A DNA stretch of 57,321 bases from positions 1-57,321 of the IMG/VR virus record IMGVR_UViG_3300038478_000018; one strand, 5' to 3'. Shown here piece by piece: positions 53,474-57,321 of the stretch. The DNA comes from a virus. Taxonomy: Duplodnaviria; Caudoviricetes. The translations under genes were made by a program, and so were the position numbers. The notes under the pieces were generated by a model. It was not told where the DNA came from. It ran no database searches and saw only the letters and a list, made by a program, of their open reading frames with translations. How positions within the stretch are numbered: the stretch's first letter is position 1; the number at the start of each line of letters is the position of its first letter.

Positions 53474-54294
53474 TGACGCAACTACTCTCGTACACGGGGC
53501 AGCTCTTCCGAAGCCCGTACAGCCAGCCTCTGTCTGTCGACGGGAAGCTCCTCTTGGGTGCATATCGGATGTTCTACCTTACGAACTCCACCACAATAGC
53601 AACCGTATATGCGGATGCGGGACTTACCCTTCCGCTCACGCAGCCTGTCTTCTCTAGCACCACGGTCGGCGGATTCTTCCCCGCCATATACTTGAACCCC
53701 GCAATTGAGTACCGAAGTCAGCTATTCGACTCTACCGGGAGGCTCCTTGAAGATGTCGATACGGTCAACAATAACACGGGCGGCGCGCCATACATATCAG
53801 GCTACGGCCGCGCTGCGTTCAAAGCAGGCCCTACTACCCGTACCAGCACCACGACCCTGACAGCCGATCCTGAACTTTCGGTCTATCTCCCCGCGGCGGG
53901 CACCTACAAGGTAGATATGGACTTGGTATTCGAGGCGGGCACGGCAGGAGGCACTCCGGGCGCATCGATTGAGCTTGAATTTAGCGGTAAGTTAGGCGTG
54001 GGCTCCCTTGCCATCTCGGGAAGCGCTACGGGTGTCTATAACTTGATGTTCATGGGCACCATGAACGGCATCGGGAACCAGAATATCCCGACCCCCGCTT
54101 GTCTGCAGATCAATTCGCCGTACACGGGCATAGCCCTAGGAACTACGCCTATTGCAAATACGATGCGTTGGACAGGCACCTTCCAATCGCTCACGGCCGG
54201 CACGCTCGCGCTCTATTGGGCGCAGGCCGTATCTAGCAGCGCCGTCGTATCGCTCCTTGCGGGCAGCTCTCTAAGCGTTCTGCAGGTGGCGTAA
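53473..54294 (+). CDS. Virion appendage protein, paralog 1
   Basis: Head-binding-like FY...VYADAGLT.PLTQP; C-terminal DPEL...GTY...GTLALYWAQ. Confidence 0.7.
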   Translation: MTQLLSYTGQLFRSPYSQPLSVDGKLLLGAYRMFYLTNSTTIATVYADAGLTLPLTQPVFSSTTVGGFFPAIYLNPAIEYRSQLFDSTGRLLEDVDTVNNNTGGAPYISGYGRAAFKAGPTTRTSTTTLTADPELSVYLPAAGTYKVDMDLVFEAGTAGGTPGASIELEFSGKLGVGSLAISGSATGVYNLMFMGTMNGIGNQNIPTPACLQINSPYTGIALGTTPIANTMRWTGTFQSLTAGTLALYWAQAVSSSAVVSLLAGSSLSVLQVA

Positions 54295-55070
54295 TGACCA
54301 GCATCAAGATCGGCCAGCTATTTACGCTCGCCTACACTAAACCCTTGTCGATCACCTCCGCCGCGGTGACCCGACTCCCCGGCGCGCAGATGTACTTCTA
54401 CGTGAACGGATTCGGCGCGTACATCACACAGCAAACCGTGTACGCAGATTCAGGGCTCACAACCCCACTTACGCAGCCGATCACGGCGGATGCCAACGGG
54501 CGCTTTGTGCCCGTATATATGAATCCGGCGCTCCAGTATAGCTGGCAATTGTACAGCGCGGGCGGCACTCTCTTGGAGCAGGTGAGCACGCTCAACTACC
54601 AGAATACCGCGATCTCGGTGCAGATCACGAAGCCCGTGAGCACGATTGTCAATAATAACGCGACGTTATTTGCGGACCCCGACCTCACCTACGTGATCCC
54701 CGCGGCGGGTACTTACCGCGTAGAGCTGGATCTTTCTTTATCGGCCGGTGTCGCGGGCGCAACTCCTGGTATCCAGTTTGAGCTTGAATTCTCCGGGGTC
54801 TTGAACTCAAGCGCCGGGAATACGCTTGCAATGGTGGGCGCGGTCGATAACGCCGTGGTATCGAATGCGCAAAGTGCGATACAAATAAACGTGCCCGTGA
54901 CCAGCGTCTCGTTGAGCACGCCGCCGTATCAGAATACATTGCGTATCGCGGGCACGATCCAAGTTGTGTTCCCCGGCACCCTTGCACTTTATTGGGCCCA
55001 GGCGGTATCAAACGCTGCGGGCACTAGCGTTGTCGCTAGTAGCGCGATGTGCGTCACGAGGATCGGATAA
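54294..55070 (+). CDS. Virion appendage protein, paralog 2
   Basis: Same two-domain pattern. Confidence 0.7.
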   Translation: MTSIKIGQLFTLAYTKPLSITSAAVTRLPGAQMYFYVNGFGAYITQQTVYADSGLTTPLTQPITADANGRFVPVYMNPALQYSWQLYSAGGTLLEQVSTLNYQNTAISVQITKPVSTIVNNNATLFADPDLTYVIPAAGTYRVELDLSLSAGVAGATPGIQFELEFSGVLNSSAGNTLAMVGAVDNAVVSNAQSAIQINVPVTSVSLSTPPYQNTLRIAGTIQVVFPGTLALYWAQAVSNAAGTSVVASSAMCVTRIG

Positions 55071-55855
55071 TGGGTCCTATAACTCAAACCGGGATCTTGT
55101 TCGCGGAACCTTTGAACCGGCCGCTATCGGCCGCAGGGCAGTTCCAATCCGGGTGCTACCTCACATTCTACGCCAATTCGGTCCTTGCGCCCGTGTATCG
55201 AGATCCTGCGCTCAAGTGGCCGTATAACCAGACGAACATCCCAGGTTCCGGGCCGCCTTCCGAGGACAGCGTACTCACCGGCATACCGTCCGATGCCACA
55301 GGTAGGTTCGATGCAATCTACCTAGATCCCGCATTAGAGTACAGCTACAATTTGTATTCAGCTACAGGCACGCTCTTGGAGACGGGAATTAACGTGAACG
55401 TCTCCAACCCCCCGGAGACCCTAGTTGCGTATAAACTGAGCACCACGGCGCGTTCGAATACGACCGTACTTACGAACGACCCGGATCTACAGCTTGAGAT
55501 CATGACGCCTGGTTTCTACCGCGTGGAGATTGATGTCACATTCTTCGCCTCGGCCGCGGCCTCTGCCAATATGGAGGTGGCGTATTCTACCTCGGTAAGC
55601 GCGCTTACCGGCAATACTCTGGCGGTATTCGGCATCAGCAACGATCTTAACACCGTGTTCGTGGCCCCCGTCAATACGGCCACGGGTGTATTTAACGTCA
55701 ACACCTTACCTAATCAGAACTGCCTGCACTTAGTTGGCGTGATGGACTTTACCTCTGCCGGCACCCTATCGCTCAAATGGGCGCAAGGCGCGGCTAGTGA
55801 TAACGCCGTGTGCTTAGGCATCGGCAGTGCGATATACGCAACGCTACTCACTTAA
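55070..55855 (+). CDS. Virion appendage protein, paralog 3
   Basis: Same pattern; TAATG start at 55070. Confidence 0.7.
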   Translation: MGPITQTGILFAEPLNRPLSAAGQFQSGCYLTFYANSVLAPVYRDPALKWPYNQTNIPGSGPPSEDSVLTGIPSDATGRFDAIYLDPALEYSYNLYSATGTLLETGINVNVSNPPETLVAYKLSTTARSNTTVLTNDPDLQLEIMTPGFYRVEIDVTFFASAAASANMEVAYSTSVSALTGNTLAVFGISNDLNTVFVAPVNTATGVFNVNTLPNQNCLHLVGVMDFTSAGTLSLKWAQGAASDNAVCLGIGSAIYATLLT

Positions 55856-56311
55856 GGGATCAGCTCTCTGCAGTATCCGGGTAGTTGGGAGGGCCGTTCG
55901 GCCAGCGAGACGCATATGCAGCAGGTGCCAGTTGGTCCCCCATGGATGATGAGCCGACGCCCTTAGACCGCACCGTAGCAGGTTGTACAGCGATGCGTAA
56001 TTCCACCTCTCGCAGTACGTCCAGATAAACCTGCAGCCACGCACGGAACGAGACCACTTGATCCTTGTTTGGATCAATCTCCGCTGTAAATTGCAGCGTC
56101 TTGCAGTCGCCACGACCGCTGCTCGTGATAAAAATACGCATTTCAAATCCTCCCAATAGATAGCACTGCCAAACCCCACCACGCGCCCCGCTTCGTCCGT
56201 CACGAGCCAATACTCATGATCATCGCCCGGCCAAGGATCGTGCGGGAATGCGAGCTTGTGGGCCTCGCGTACCGTCTCTAGGTCTTCAGACCTTCTGATT
56301 TTGTAGGCCAC
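55844..56311 (-). CDS. GNAT-family acetyltransferase
   Basis: FLSRAAV...ARRCNLQRRLI..R...TY....N.AS..NL..CG. Confidence 0.8.
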   Translation of the reverse strand: MAYKIRRSEDLETVREAHKLAFPHDPWPGDDHEYWLVTDEAGRVVGFGSAIYWEDLKCVFLSRAAVVATARRCNLQRRLIQTRIKWSRSVRGCRFIWTYCERWNYASLYNLLRCGLRASAHHPWGTNWHLLHMRLAGRTALPTTRILQRADPLSE

Positions 56312-56696
56312 TGCCGTAGGCTTGTTGTGCGGAAGAGTATTGGTGCTGCAGCTGAATGTTGCTAAGGTTATTTCGCCCCGCCTCCTCTATATCTAACTGC
56401 AACTGCGCGCTCAGCCTCCAGATCGCTTTAGCCAGGTGCCACTGTCCGTCAGCGTCTTTCTTAACCCCGGTGCCGTAGTCCCACATATGCCGCATAGCGG
56501 TATTCATCTGATCGATTGATTTGTCGCGACTCCACTGAATGTCGCTAGAAGCCAACTCAGGGTTATGCTGCTTATTACCCGCAACGCAGACGCCGACCAC
56601 GGCTAGCAGTGCGTCGGGGAAGTAGCGCATCAAAAAGGACCAAATAGGGATCTCTTTGCGTGCTTTGTCATCAGTTGGCAGGGACATTGATAGCAA
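56286..56696 (-). CDS. dATP/dGTP diphosphohydrolase-like protein (DUF5664)
   Basis: YFPDAL.AV.....GN.QHNP...W.R.KS.D.....RH...HLAK..WR. Confidence 0.75.
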   Translation of the reverse strand: MLSMSLPTDDKARKEIPIWSFLMRYFPDALLAVVGVCVAGNKQHNPELASSDIQWSRDKSIDQMNTAMRHMWDYGTGVKKDADGQWHLAKAIWRLSAQLQLDIEEAGRNNLSNIQLQHQYSSAQQAYGSGLQNQKV

Positions 56697-56925
56697 CCTC
56701 CGCTTTATTACCGAATTTCAGGCCGTTGAACCAGCGCCGCAGCACATAGCTGCGCGCTAGCGAGATGATCGTGTACAACATCCCGATCTCAAAGTTAGTG
56801 CGCAACGTCAGCGTATGGAAGCCGAACAACGGCAGAAGGCACCAGTTGGCGGTAAAGTTGACCGCGAAGCCTACGGCAATGTTCGCCCAAGCCTCCGCTA
56901 TCGATCCGAGTTTTGTCTGTGTCAT
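56671..56925 (-). CDS. Small two-TM phage membrane protein
   Basis: QTK.GS..EA..N.AVG...S.ARSY.LRRWFN family. Confidence 0.75.
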   Translation of the reverse strand: MTQTKLGSIAEAWANIAVGFAVNFTANWCLLPLFGFHTLTLRTNFEIGMLYTIISLARSYVLRRWFNGLKFGNKAEVAINVPAN

Positions 56926-57321
56926 GCTAGCTTAACCTTTCTTACGGCTTTGTCGTTCATCAGAATCTTGCCCCGTGACCATCCACCGCAACCTTGGCAC
57001 TGATAGCGCTGATATACGCCAGCTTGCAGAACGCGTATACCCTGTGCTGTAACTTTAAAGCCCCCGCACTTCGGGCACTGAACATCGCCGCGCAGGTTGT
57101 AGGTACCCATGTTCGGGTGGCTCTCAATCCAGGGACGCTGCTTGAGATAGAGTTTCTCCGTCGCTCGGACATCCTGTATGTTATACTTCTTGAGTTCCGC
57201 CCAGGCCGCGGGGTTGTCTTTCATGCACTCGAGCCATAACTCGATCCCCGGAAAGCGCTTGTGCTTAGATTTCGGCGTGTTGGTTAGATGCTTTGACTGC
57301 CACTCGAGCTTGTTGGACGTG
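56922..57321 (-). CDS. DEDD exonuclease, 3' part with Zn ribbon
   Basis: YNIQDV...CPKCG...YQCQGCG; joins 1-570 on the circle. Confidence 0.85.
   Translation of the reverse strand, partial: TSNKLEWQSKHLTNTPKSKHKRFPGIELWLECMKDNPAAWAELKKYNIQDVRATEKLYLKQRPWIESHPNMGTYNLRGDVQCPKCGGFKVTAQGIRVLQAGVYQRYQCQGCGGWSRGKILMNDKAVRKVKLA
57138..57321. repeat. Terminal direct repeat, right copy
   Basis: Matches 1-184 with one mismatch. Confidence 0.97.

Noticed and set aside
1-57321. tRNA or structured ncRNA genes, and stop-codon reassignment
   Set aside because: No cloverleaf seen by eye (tRNAscan-SE or Infernal would be decisive); core genes are intact under code 11 and all three stops are used

Overview
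The window is an apparently complete ~57.1-kb phage genome assembled as a circle: bases 1-184 recur at 57138-57321 with one mismatch, and a DEDD exonuclease gene runs through the join. The left arm (minus strand) holds a replication module (SNF2 helicase, VRR-NUC, family A DNA polymerase, DUF2815 SSB, DUF2800 Cas4-like nuclease, primase-helicase), a short serine recombinase, a sigma-like protein and many small genes. The right arm (plus strand) holds a P22-like podovirus morphogenesis set (TerS/TerL, portal, scaffold, coat, gp4, gp10, ejection proteins), fibres and a tailspike, two GroES-like genes, a Mom-like gene and a lysis cassette. The standout is an intein in the TerL Walker A motif. It has no in-frame endonuclease. 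An HTH-HNH endonuclease gene instead lies wholly inside it on the opposite strand, both frames are open, and a candidate antisense promoter, perfect 19-bp palindrome and RBS are written into the intein coding sequence. Other notable items are six 25-bp dyad sites delimiting single-gene cassettes near the shortened serine recombinase, seven CRP-type boxes in the divergent control region, a split TerL, and a small protein ending in a copy of PolA motif A. All family calls come from motif recognition by eye; no database searches were run.
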